Below are positions 8,576 through 17,255 of a stretch of 64,000 nucleotides of DNA, piece after piece. This DNA is from a virus. Taxonomy: Duplodnaviria; Heunggongvirae; Uroviricota; Caudoviricetes. Position numbers and translations under genes: made by a program. The notes below the pieces were generated by a model that saw only the letters and a program-made list of their open reading frames with translations, ran no database searches and was not told the origin of the DNA. The first letter of the stretch is position 1. Every line of letters begins with the position of its first letter. The stretch lies in IMG/VR virus record IMGVR_UViG_2627854069_000003; one strand, 5' to 3'.

Positions 8576-9666
8576 TCCAATATCGCCAAAATACGACGCC
8601 TATGATCGTTCAATGACCCCGCCAGCACTTCCAAATCAACAATCTCTTCATTTCGTCGCTCAACATAAATTTCAAAACTATCGCTCGCCAGTGACCGCCG
8701 CAACCAGTATGCCTTGCTCCCCTCGCCCTGGAATTTGAATCCGATGTCGTCCCACATACGCTCATCGTCATTCTCATCCTCTCTTGCAAAGATTTCCCGG
8801 AGCTCGTCTATCGTCGGCTGATACTCCATTTCGACAAAAACCGATTTATCCATAACAACCGGTTGATCGTCGGGCCGACGTCCACGAATGAAGCTAACGA
8901 GCCCCTCCCACGTGGTACGTTGCACTCGATTTTCTACAGTCAAGTGCCCACGCCGCATCACACGCCTTATTCGGCCAACATTATCCAATATGTACTTCCT
9001 CTGACCATCTTTCACAAAAGCAAGCGTCTTGAATTTAGGATATTTCACACCATCCAAATTCACGCCATCTTCTGCGTACCCAACAACTACATCTTCGCCA
9101 TTTTCGTTTTGCCCGCCGACCACGTACCTAGCCTCCCTAGCAAGGAAACGCTCTACGTAATCCCTCATTCCTTGCTGACCGGATACGTTATGGATAAACC
9201 TGATACTCGCAATGAGGCTTCTTTGCGGTATCACCCAGAAATACGTGGCATATCCCGGGATGCTATTTTCAGCAATTTCGTTTATATGAACTTCAGGAGC
9301 TCCAACTGGCGAATCACGCGATATAGATGCAACTCCGCCTTCGTGGGCTGGCACTTCGTTCCAAGTTGCAAACACCCATTCGTTACCACGCGCCACAATC
9401 CCGGCTAGATAAATTGGGAGTCTTTCATCATTTGCCCCGCCGTCATCAAATAACTTCGTAAGTGACAAAGGCATCCCTGCGGACCAATCGCGTAATTGCT
9501 CAAACGTGTCCGAAATTCCGCCAAAGCTCGCTTGCCGACTGCCCCACGGGTAGTAGCCGCATTGGTCGATCTTGTAAAAAGTAATTTTTACTGTTTCATT
9601 AGGCACAATCTTTCCCCCGGTAACTTTGACGGAGTATGCAGGAAAAGACCATGCCTGTGCATCCAT
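8572..9666 (-). CDS. hypothetical soluble protein (364 aa), first gene of a putative SOS-regulated two-gene module
   Basis: Long ORF in an AT-rich segment; no motif I can assign (weak Rx5H RVMRRGH); LexA-type box 13 bp upstream of its ATG. Confidence 0.6.
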   Translation of the reverse strand: MDAQAWSFPAYSVKVTGGKIVPNETVKITFYKIDQCGYYPWGSRQASFGGISDTFEQLRDWSAGMPLSLTKLFDDGGANDERLPIYLAGIVARGNEWVFATWNEVPAHEGGVASISRDSPVGAPEVHINEIAENSIPGYATYFWVIPQRSLIASIRFIHNVSGQQGMRDYVERFLAREARYVVGGQNENGEDVVVGYAEDGVNLDGVKYPKFKTLAFVKDGQRKYILDNVGRIRRVMRRGHLTVENRVQRTTWEGLVSFIRGRRPDDQPVVMDKSVFVEMEYQPTIDELREIFAREDENDDERMWDDIGFKFQGEGSKAYWLRRSLASDSFEIYVERRNEEIVDLEVLAGSLNDHRRRILAILE

Positions 9667-9676
9667 GCCACTATGA

Positions 9677-9696
9677 TGCTGTATTTTTATACAGCA
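9677..9696. promoter_or_regulatory. LexA (SOS) box TGCTGTATTTTTATACAGCA (CTGT-N8-ACAG)
   Basis: Perfect palindromic match to the E. coli-type SOS box consensus TACTGTATATATATACAGTA, immediately upstream of the 8572..9666 gene. Confidence 0.6.
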
Positions 9697-9708
9697 TTTA
9701 ATGCGACG

Positions 9709-10395
9709 CTACCTAGAGCCGGCATGCGAGACCTCTCCGTCCGTCATGTCGTACGCTGGGTAGAGTTGTAACATCGCGCGAGCGGCCTCGACGTTCGACG
9801 TCGACAGCCACTCCTCCCAATCGTCCGGCCGAAGTATGACGACCGACCGCTTTTCGTCGCGCGGCTTATGCATGCGCGACATGATGCGATGGCCCTCGGC
9901 ATTGACGGTGATCATCGACATCGTGTGCGTCTGGTTCCCGTCTGCACCAATTAGCGTACGCCAGATCCCTGCAACACAATACGGCCGCCAACCGGTCACG
10001 CCGATTCGATGCCAGACGTTTCGGCCGGTCTCGTAGCATGGTTCGTAAATCCATTGCGCAGGAATCAGGCAGCGGCGACCTGCGCGCCACGCCGGCCCGT
10101 ATAGCGGCGACCGCCCAAGATTGTCATCGCGCACGTTCATCGTGCTACGCATGATCGGTGGCGCCTTCCCCTCGGCCTTCGCTTTCTCGATGTTCGCTTT
10201 CTGCAACGCGCGCGGCCAGTAACCAAACCCCGCGAGGAACGCCTCGACGTGCCCGTCGATCATCGCAACCGTAGGCGCAAGATAGTCCGGGTAGATCTCA
10301 GGCTCCCACGGCGTTCTCTTCCATAGGTCAATCAGGCCAAGCCGTAACTCGCTGATGCCCGGATCTTCGTCGGGGGCGCGATAGTTGGTGCACAC
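9709..10395 (-). CDS. SOS response-associated peptidase (SRAP/YedK/DUF159, abasic-site DNA-protein crosslink enzyme); likely true start GTG at 10395 giving N-terminal Met-Cys; the long ORF extends to ATG 10440
   Basis: Motifs align with YedK: ...GYWPRAL..., ...HRIMSRMHKPRDEKRSVVILRPDDWEEWL; AAGAGG RBS 7 nt upstream of the GTG-TGC (Met-Cys) start; catalytic Cys2 requires this start. Confidence 0.7.
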   Translation of the reverse strand: MCTNYRAPDEDPGISELRLGLIDLWKRTPWEPEIYPDYLAPTVAMIDGHVEAFLAGFGYWPRALQKANIEKAKAEGKAPPIMRSTMNVRDDNLGRSPLYGPAWRAGRRCLIPAQWIYEPCYETGRNVWHRIGVTGWRPYCVAGIWRTLIGADGNQTHTMSMITVNAEGHRIMSRMHKPRDEKRSVVILRPDDWEEWLSTSNVEAARAMLQLYPAYDMTDGEVSHAGSR

Positions 10396-10444
10396 GGCGG
10401 CACCTCTTTTCGGGGGATGGATCACTTCATCATAGTCCAAGATA

Positions 10445-10464
10445 TACTGTATAAAATTACAGGT
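10445..10464. promoter_or_regulatory. LexA (SOS) box TACTGTATAAAATTACAGGT (CTGT-N8-ACAG) upstream of the SRAP gene
   Basis: 17/20 match to the E. coli SOS box consensus; in the divergent promoter region between SRAP and the 10480 gene. Confidence 0.6.
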
Positions 10465-10479
10465 TTCCCGTATTACGAA

Positions 10480-11121
10480 ATGATCCTGCCACCGTTCAAT
10501 CCGCCCAAGCTACCCGAGATGACCGAGTGGTGGACGCGCTGCACATATGCTGACGTCCAGCGTCTGATTCTCGAAGTTCAGCACCAGCGCCTCACTTTGT
10601 GGGAGCTCCGCAGCTGCATCGCCGATGCGTCGCGCCGAGCGCGCGCGATCGACCCATCGTTGCTTGAGTATGGCGCACCGCTACGGAGGCTCGGCTTCAT
10701 CGTCGACAAGGAAATCGGTCGTGCCGCCCCATTCGCTCGCATGCAGGAACCGGTCGCGCCGTTTTCCGACGAGTGGCGTGCAAGGCAAGAAATCAGGTCA
10801 AAGCGCTGGGAGTCTCCGGACGACACGCCACCCGGCGCATCTCCGAAATCGATCCCAGAGTTTCAGCGGGTAACGTGGGAAGAACTGCGCGAGAAATGGC
10901 GTTTCGAGGAAGGCAAGAAGGTCGGCCGGCACACGTTCGAGCAACGCATGGCGCTCGAAATCGCGTATTTGCGAAGCCACATTGTTGGAAAGTCGCGAAA
11001 GCTCGTCGATGCAGCCCGGGTTGAAGCAGAGAAAAGCGGTGTGGAGTTGTTCGCGCTAGACCAGCTGAAACGCATTCTCGAGGTCGAGCGCGACGAAGAG
11101 GCGTTCTGCCGTATCACGTAG
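10480..11121 (+). CDS. hypothetical protein
   Basis: 213 aa MILPPFNPPKLPEMTEWWTRCTYADVQRL...; divergent from the SRAP gene. Confidence 0.45.
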   Translation: MILPPFNPPKLPEMTEWWTRCTYADVQRLILEVQHQRLTLWELRSCIADASRRARAIDPSLLEYGAPLRRLGFIVDKEIGRAAPFARMQEPVAPFSDEWRARQEIRSKRWESPDDTPPGASPKSIPEFQRVTWEELREKWRFEEGKKVGRHTFEQRMALEIAYLRSHIVGKSRKLVDAARVEAEKSGVELFALDQLKRILEVERDEEAFCRIT

Positions 11122-11250
11122 CGAGGACGAAACGACGAACGAGCCGGGTCTACTCGATGAGACGCGAAGACTAGGCTTGACTTCTGCGAACACTACCTCG
11201 GCTACCATGCCGCCCGCCGGACAGTGGTGGCGCCGCGAGCCGCCGACACG

Positions 11251-12372
11251 TCAAACTGGACCGGCCACTATGGGGTAGGGAATCGATCCTTTGGGCAAGC
11301 GCGGTGTTTTGAGGACCGCAGCCTTCGCGCTCAGCAATTCGTCGTCGCCTACCTCGAAGCGGCGCAGCCACGCTGCAGTTGATTCGCGCGTGTTGTAGAC
11401 CGGCGCGCCCGCGTTGACTGTGCCGCGCTGAAGAATGTCCATGCTTTCCGCTCGCACGCGCCGCAGCGCCTTGTCGAGGACGACGTAGGCCGGCGGCAAG
11501 AACGGGGGTTGCTCCTCGCGATCGGAGAGCCCCGACTCGGGCAACACGCCCGCACGAATGATAACGCCGGCCCCGTAGTCGCCGATGGCGAACCAACTCG
11601 GAGGCAGCTCCGACATCAGCGCGCGGATGCCACCGACAGCGTCCAACATGGGTTTGTCGATAGCCGTCAGCCAATTGACGGTCTTAATTTTGCCCTTCAG
11701 GTCACGGGCCGAGGTAGATCCAGGGTCGCCGACATCGAGCCCCGGCATAATTTGCGCGATCCAGTATTCTGTCGCTTCGTTCTCGTGAGGGGTGGTCGGG
11801 GAAAGGTTGACAGCAAAGCCCGCCTGCCCTTGGACGGCACCTAAGCGGCGCGCAGCGTCAAAGAACAGCTTGGCGAAGGCATCGGGGTTCTCTTGGACAG
11901 CGACGACCGGCCACGAGAATGCTAGGGAGTTGAGACCGCGGTTGCCCATCTTCTCTTGCCATTGGCGCTGGCCCACGACCTCGAACCTCCAAAAACTCGC
12001 GTCCGAAGCTTGCTCCCCGCCGACATAGCAGAAGTCGAAGCGGTCCTCAGGACCGAGCTTGCTGGCGGCGGCACGCAAAGGCTTCGCGCGCGCGAACGGC
12101 TGTGCGGCCTTCCCGTTACTCCATAGGAACGTCAACTTGCATTCCGGTGCAGCACAGTAGTCGTCGAAACAGTCGGCAATCGCCTCGCGGATGGCGGGAT
12201 CGAAAGCGCGCTCGAAATAAAGCGACGCGCGCACGACTACGGCCGCTCCGATTCCGCCGGTTGCATAGCGAGGTTCCAAAAGACCATTGGGCACCAGCGC
12301 TTTGCCCTGATTGGCCTTCGCCCATTCGAGAAAATTCTGATCCATGTTCACGTCGATGCCAGTAAAGCCCAA
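11251..12372 (-). CDS. putative immunity protein for the adjacent nuclease toxin (DUF3396/Imm-like)
   Basis: 373 aa gene immediately downstream of the toxin, 1-nt gap (stop/start abut); typical effector-immunity layout; family assignment from memory only. Confidence 0.5.
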   Translation of the reverse strand: MGFTGIDVNMDQNFLEWAKANQGKALVPNGLLEPRYATGGIGAAVVVRASLYFERAFDPAIREAIADCFDDYCAAPECKLTFLWSNGKAAQPFARAKPLRAAASKLGPEDRFDFCYVGGEQASDASFWRFEVVGQRQWQEKMGNRGLNSLAFSWPVVAVQENPDAFAKLFFDAARRLGAVQGQAGFAVNLSPTTPHENEATEYWIAQIMPGLDVGDPGSTSARDLKGKIKTVNWLTAIDKPMLDAVGGIRALMSELPPSWFAIGDYGAGVIIRAGVLPESGLSDREEQPPFLPPAYVVLDKALRRVRAESMDILQRGTVNAGAPVYNTRESTAAWLRRFEVGDDELLSAKAAVLKTPRLPKGSIPYPIVAGPV

Positions 12373-13107
12373 TTATGGAACGACAATGGGGGGCGGTGGC
12401 AACGGCAAGCCACCCATGCCAGGCGAGGTAACAGGACCGCGGTTCAGTAGTTGGCGCAGGGAACGCCCTAGCTCGGAGAGCGCCTCAGAAACCGCCCGGA
12501 GTGGGCTTTCGTTGGCGTCGTCGTCGGAGCAGTCACAGTCGCCGGGGCCCATGGTCGCAACCTTATCGGGCGAGCCGGCGATGCGCGCGTAGTCGTCCTC
12601 TTGCTCACGATCCCTTTCTTGAGGCGGGAATTTGATCTCCACCACGCTCTTGATGTTGTCCTGAGTTGGCGGCAGAGATCCGTCCTTGACAATCACCACG
12701 TCAGGGCGCCGAACTGCACCCGCACCGGCGGGATAGGCGTCTTTTCCACCAGGCCAATACTTTTGAATCCAGCCTGGCAGATAGGGATGCGGCTCCAAAG
12801 GAGACGCCGAGCGCATGATCGGTGACGGAGGGATCTGCGTCATGTCGTAGTTGACTTCCGACTTGTACGGGCTCTTCCATCCCATCGACCGATCCAGGTC
12901 GCGCAGGTTGCGCGAAACGCATTGCTGCTTGAGGCTTTGGCCCGATGCGCCAGTGTCTGGCTCGCGACTACACACACAAACGGCCTTGCAGATCACCTTC
13001 TTATCGACCGGGTCAGGCGTCGCGGGCCGAAGATGCACGGGCGTCGTTTCGCCCTTCGGCGACATGCCACCTTGACCGGAGTTGGCTCCGTAGGCGCGAC
13101 CACTCAT
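12373..13107 (-). CDS. polymorphic toxin with PD-(D/E)XK nuclease motif (T6SS effector-like), N-terminal Gly/Pro-rich linker
   Basis: ...RRPDVVIVKDG...NIKSVVEIKFPP (PD...E-x-K); start overlaps PAAR gene stop (ATGA). Confidence 0.6.
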   Translation of the reverse strand: MSGRAYGANSGQGGMSPKGETTPVHLRPATPDPVDKKVICKAVCVCSREPDTGASGQSLKQQCVSRNLRDLDRSMGWKSPYKSEVNYDMTQIPPSPIMRSASPLEPHPYLPGWIQKYWPGGKDAYPAGAGAVRRPDVVIVKDGSLPPTQDNIKSVVEIKFPPQERDREQEDDYARIAGSPDKVATMGPGDCDCSDDDANESPLRAVSEALSELGRSLRQLLNRGPVTSPGMGGLPLPPPPIVVP

Positions 13108-13664
13108 ATAACGCCGCCTTCACCGGGTCCCTGAGTCGACTCGGCCGAAAATTCCAGCGACCCAGCAGAGTTTGCCTCATGCCACTGCGTGTAGCCATCG
13201 GCATCAGTTTGGCCGGAAATTGTCCGTCCGTCCGCTGTTTGCAACACGTAGGGATGGTTTGCGATCGGCTTTCCAGTCGTCTCGTCAAATACCTGGAAGC
13301 GCCCGCGATATAGGCCGTCTGGTCCCTGTGGTGCCGACTGGGGGACAATGCTCTTCCCGCCGCCGATCGAATGGCCGCCGGCGGCCCCCGATGTCGGGGC
13401 AACCGTGGCGACGCCTTGCGACGCGATAAGCGTCGCGCCGCAGGCGGTCTTGTCTCCGTCCGTAGCGATTGGCCTGTCGCCAAACGTCATGTTTAGCTCG
13501 CGCTTTACGCTGACGATCGGGTAAATTCCGCCACAGCGGGGACACGTCACCATGTCGCCAAGCAACGCAATTGCCCTTCCATGAACCGTGTTGGCGGCAT
13601 TACAGCCGACCACGCGACCACCATGCGTGGTCGTGTCTCCCTCGCAAATAAACGCAAACCCCAT
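13104..13664 (-). CDS. PAAR-domain protein (T6SS spike-tip adaptor)
   Basis: MGFAFICEGDTTTHGGRVVGCNAANTVHGRAIALLGDMVTCPRCGG: PAAR-like GDxTxHGG + CxxC. Confidence 0.7.
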   Translation of the reverse strand: MGFAFICEGDTTTHGGRVVGCNAANTVHGRAIALLGDMVTCPRCGGIYPIVSVKRELNMTFGDRPIATDGDKTACGATLIASQGVATVAPTSGAAGGHSIGGGKSIVPQSAPQGPDGLYRGRFQVFDETTGKPIANHPYVLQTADGRTISGQTDADGYTQWHEANSAGSLEFSAESTQGPGEGGVI

Positions 13665-13859
13665 GCCGAAGTCTCCACAAGGAAATTTGCGGAGGAATGT
13701 AGCACGCGGGCAATTGTGGGAGCCACCCTGTCAGATCTGACAGGAATGCAGATCTGTTACCTCATGGACACCGTATATTTGGTCCGCTCACAGCATCAAA
13801 GCGGCACACACAGAATTTAGGTGTGAAGCCCCGGTCGCTCGACCGGGGCATTGGGAACG

Positions 13860-14744
13860 CTACTTCTTTTCTGGCGTGATGCCCCAACACTGCGCACCGC
13901 GCTCGTTCTCGGGAATCGCCTCGGGGTTGTGCTTACACTTGTCGATGGTGTCGAGCGCGGTACGGTAATTGATCACGAGAGGATCAACGATTCTGCTGAT
14001 CTGCTCGTCTTGCGCGAACTGGTCTGGAGTGGAACAGTCCGCGCCCATGTGCGCCGAATCCGACTTGTAAATCCCGCCAACCGTCAAAAACGATACCGCG
14101 CCGCTACGAGATGCAAAACTGATCGCGCCGGACAGTGCTTGTGAAGCGGTCAGGTATCGGCGCTCGTGAACGTACCCCGCCGCGTCGGCGTACCGTTCGA
14201 CTCGCTCTGGCTTACATGACACGATCGGCAAAACAGCATGCACAACGCGCCCTTTCAGATACTCGCGCGCGCCGTACACCGCCAGATCTCGCTGAAACTG
14301 ATCGACCGCAGCCTGTTTCTCCGGCGTGTCGATGTAGCCCGTCATGTCGTCGAACTCGAAATTTATCAATACCCATTCGCTGATGTTGATATTTGCGTTG
14401 TAAATTTCGTCGCGCGTCGGACCAACGCCGCCGTTCTCGGCCATCACCAACTGATGCAATGCCGTTCCGTCGACCACGCCGGGATACACGCCGATATCGG
14501 CACCGCGTGTCTTGAATGCGCTTTGTAGCGCGTCGATAGTTGCTTGCGCGCTCGACGCTGCTCCACCGCCCGACGTCGACGACGCGGCCGCAGCCATCAC
14601 TCGGGCGGAGCGTGCAGCAACGATCGGCGCCCCGGAATACGTCAATTTGATCGCCGGACCGGACGCTGTAGGCGCATCGTCGCCGCCGCCGCACGCGGCC
14701 AGTGTCGCCACCGTCACCATTGCAATAATCGTTTTCTTCATTTT
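13860..14744 (-). CDS. lipoprotein, hypothetical (phage moron)
   Basis: MKKTIIAMVTVATLAACGGG lipobox; AT-rich promoter region upstream. Confidence 0.6.
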   Translation of the reverse strand, partial: KMKKTIIAMVTVATLAACGGGDDAPTASGPAIKLTYSGAPIVAARSARVMAAAASSTSGGGAASSAQATIDALQSAFKTRGADIGVYPGVVDGTALHQLVMAENGGVGPTRDEIYNANINISEWVLINFEFDDMTGYIDTPEKQAAVDQFQRDLAVYGAREYLKGRVVHAVLPIVSCKPERVERYADAAGYVHERRYLTASQALSGAISFASRSGAVSFLTVGGIYKSDSAHMGADCSTPDQFAQDEQISRIVDPLVINYRTALDTIDKCKHNPEAIPENERGAQCWGITPEKK

Positions 14745-14904
14745 GATCTCAGGTTCTTGTTGATATCTCATGCCCCGCAGGCAAAATATTACACAACAAT
14801 TACGATTTGCTTCCACGAGCACAAAGTCAATTCACCGGCGAGATCGGTGCAAAGGCGGCTGGCACGCGTGCTCCCACACGCACACCGGTCGGCCCTGTTT
14901 CTCG

Positions 14905-15447
14905 TTACCGCTTGCAGCCCGGCGTCTCGCGCCGCACCGCACATACGTAGCCCTGTAGGGCCGTCAGTTTGTCGATCTCGCGCTGATCGTCGCCGGCGAC
15001 GCCGAAAACGCGTTCCGCAACCGCTGCGTCGACGTCTGCATAGGTGGCGGCACCATCGCCCACGCCGGCGGCGCTGGAATCGCTGGACACGCCGTCGCGA
15101 CCGGCTGCCGTGCAGTTTCGGACGGCGACGCGCAGCCGCTCAGTGCCAGCGGCAAGAGCAGCCCGCAGGCTGCGATTCTCTGCTTCATGCTCGATCCTCT
15201 CCTTCGTGGTTCGTTGGTCGACAGCGGCCACCGCCGACGCGGCTGCTTCGTGCGCGGCGACCGCGCGCTGCTCGGCATCGAGCGCGGCGCGCGAGATCAC
15301 GCTCAACGCTTCGGCGTGCCGTTGCGCGTCGAGCGCACGCGCTGCCTGCTCGTCGGCAAGCCGACGTGCGCCGATCAGGTGCTCGACGCCAGCGCCGGCC
15401 GCGATGCCGAGCAACGCGGCCAACAGATACGGAGCTGCTTTCGGCAT
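14905..15447 (-). CDS. Rz-like i-spanin (LysB-like)
   Basis: MPKAAPYLLAALLGIAAGAGV N-terminal TM then coiled-coil region; ATGA overlap with endolysin stop. Confidence 0.65.
   Translation of the reverse strand: MPKAAPYLLAALLGIAAGAGVEHLIGARRLADEQAARALDAQRHAEALSVISRAALDAEQRAVAAHEAAASAVAAVDQRTTKERIEHEAENRSLRAALAAGTERLRVAVRNCTAAGRDGVSSDSSAAGVGDGAATYADVDAAVAERVFGVAGDDQREIDKLTALQGYVCAVRRETPGCKR
14964..15188 (-). CDS. Rz1-like o-spanin lipoprotein embedded in the +1 frame of Rz
   Basis: MKQRIAACGLLLPLALSGCASP lipobox, Pro-rich, 74 aa, fully inside Rz. Confidence 0.6.
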   Translation of the reverse strand: MKQRIAACGLLLPLALSGCASPSETARQPVATACPAIPAPPAWAMVPPPMQTSTQRLRNAFSASPATISARSTN

Positions 15448-15956
15448 CACAGCCCCCTCTCGCACAACGCGCGCTCGGCCGCCCGGCGTTTCACGAGGCC
15501 GGGCAGCACACGACCGCCCGCCGTCACCCACTGCGGCCGGCCGCTGTCGGACTCGTTCAGCGCGCGGCACGCACCGCGCCAGTCGCCTGCGCTGAAGCGC
15601 TTCGCCGTCGTGCTGTTGCAGTAGGCGTTTGCGCCGACGTTGTAGGCGAAGCTCACAGCGGCCGCGAGCTGGTACGTGTGCCCCTTCAGCCCTGGCGTGC
15701 ACTTCAGCACCGGCTCGGCGTGCTCAATCAGCCGCTGCTCGAGACGCGCGCGGCACTCCTCGGGCGTGAAGCGCTGCCCCGCGCGCACGTCCTTCGTGTC
15801 GCCGTGGCACGCCGTGACGATCCCGATCGGGTCCGGCCGCGCGACGAGAACCTCCCCCTCAAACGCGGGGACGATAGAAAGAAGAAGGGCCGCTGTCGCG
15901 GCCCCTACCAATCCAATCAGTGTCTTCTTGTCAGCCATCGTGATGCTCCAATTCAC
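15447..15956 (-). CDS. phage endolysin (GH24 lysozyme with SAR signal-anchor)
   Basis: N-terminal TM KKTLIGLVGAATAALLLSIV followed by EGEV...ARPDPIGIVTACHGDT lysozyme motifs. Confidence 0.8.
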   Translation of the reverse strand: MNWSITMADKKTLIGLVGAATAALLLSIVPAFEGEVLVARPDPIGIVTACHGDTKDVRAGQRFTPEECRARLEQRLIEHAEPVLKCTPGLKGHTYQLAAAVSFAYNVGANAYCNSTTAKRFSAGDWRGACRALNESDSGRPQWVTAGGRVLPGLVKRRAAERALCERGL

Positions 15957-16143
15957 GCAGACGTGCGGCGAGCTCGATTTGCTCTCGACGGTCCTTACGT
16001 CGTGCGAAGTAAAAATTCAAACCGAAAGTCGCGATCGCCGTGAGAATGCCGACGATGACACCGATATCGGTCAACGTAAGCGACGACGCAACCGACGCAA
16101 TGCTCCCAGCGTAGCTCACGGCTTCCGTAGGACTAGCTCGCAT
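15931..16143 (-). CDS. holin (small, 1-2 TM)
   Basis: 70 aa, TM DIGVIVGILTAIATFGLNFYFA, charged C-terminus, directly upstream of the endolysin. Confidence 0.6.
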   Translation of the reverse strand: MRASPTEAVSYAGSIASVASSLTLTDIGVIVGILTAIATFGLNFYFARRKDRREQIELAARLRELEHHDG

Positions 16144-16185
16144 CTACTCCTCGCATAAATGAAAAAGCCGCGCGAAGGCGGTGGA

Positions 16186-16953
16186 TTAAATAATCCCAGT
16201 GCCATCTATCACCATGAACTGCATGCGCCAGCACTCTCGAAACGTCGTAATGTTCGGCGACCTTCCCCCGTTGTAAATCCGCGTTCCCCATCCGACGTCG
16301 CCACCGTTCACCCGAACCGTGCCGATTTCAAGGATGTCCCAAAGTCGCTGATTGCTGTTCGACGAGCCCCAGATATAGTGCGACGCCCACATACTCGAGA
16401 TCAGCACTGGCCGTCCGTACGAACGCAGTTGCCAAGGTGGATTCGGCGCGCCCTCGACCGTCCATCCTTCGCCGCCATTCGCGGGCATGTAAGCGTCATA
16501 CACGACATCGAGCACACGAAAGAAGGGACTCGCGGCATCGGCAATCAGTTGACCTTGCTGGTCGAACACCTGTAGGCCATACCGGCTCCCGCTCGGCGGC
16601 ACGTTCGAAAAGACAAACAACCTCACGGTCGTCTGCGCTTCGGTAATAAGTCGAACCGTATACGTCCTGCCGTCATTGCTGCTCGCATCCCAAAGAGAAA
16701 TTCCCACGCCGGCGTCGGCCGAAAAGGCATACAACGGCATGTTGGCCGAGAACGTGAACGAGGCAACCCAGAAGTCGCCGTGATATTGGAGATTGGCGTT
16801 GTTGCGCACGGTATCGATGCCAATCCATTGCGACACGGTCGACATCGATTGCACAAGCTGATAGTTCGGAGTCTGCCCGTCAATCTGGAAGACGCCGGAC
16901 TCCGTGAACGCCTGGAATCCGACTCCCATCAAAACACCCCGTATATGAGCCAC
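16186..16953 (-). CDS. phage tail-associated hypothetical protein (downstream of J)
   Basis: 255 aa; shares the motif LQ(I/V)FD..G.L with the next small ORF. Confidence 0.45.
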   Translation of the reverse strand: MAHIRGVLMGVGFQAFTESGVFQIDGQTPNYQLVQSMSTVSQWIGIDTVRNNANLQYHGDFWVASFTFSANMPLYAFSADAGVGISLWDASSNDGRTYTVRLITEAQTTVRLFVFSNVPPSGSRYGLQVFDQQGQLIADAASPFFRVLDVVYDAYMPANGGEGWTVEGAPNPPWQLRSYGRPVLISSMWASHYIWGSSNSNQRLWDILEIGTVRVNGGDVGWGTRIYNGGRSPNITTFRECWRMQFMVIDGTGII

Positions 16954-17255
16954 CCCGGCACGGGCGTTCGGTAACTACTGCTACCGTCGGTGCTATATCG
17001 CCATGAAACGCCGCCCGCACCGATCTGTACGATCGGAACGGGTGCGTTCATCGAGATATGCTGGAACAGCCAGTCCGGCATGAAAGACCAGAACGGCGTC
17101 CCGCGCGAAAGATCTACCGATACACCGCCCGCGGCGCCGCCCTGAATTCGCTGCATGCCCATTACGCGCCCGCATCGCGTCGTGCCGTCGAGCATCAGAC
17201 GACCGGTGGCATCGAAGATCTGCAAACCCGCCTTCATTCGTTCCACCTCCCCCAA
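16929..17255 (-). CDS. phage hypothetical protein (paralogous N-terminus to 16186..16953)
   Basis: 108 aa. Confidence 0.35.
   Translation of the reverse strand: MGEVERMKAGLQIFDATGRLMLDGTTRCGRVMGMQRIQGGAAGGVSVDLSRGTPFWSFMPDWLFQHISMNAPVPIVQIGAGGVSWRYSTDGSSSYRTPVPGWLIYGVF

Noticed and set aside
8863-9408. 181-aa plus-strand ORF
   Set aside because: Antisense to the 364-aa gene in an AT-rich region, with no start context; spurious
8027-9666. Assignment of the soluble + 4-TM pair to Kiwa (KwaA/KwaB)
   Set aside because: Gene order (TM protein second) and sizes do not fit Kiwa and I cannot recognise DUF4868; left unassigned
14544-16043. 499-aa plus-strand ORF across the lysis cassette
   Set aside because: Arg-rich antisense artefact opposite recognisable holin/endolysin/Rz genes
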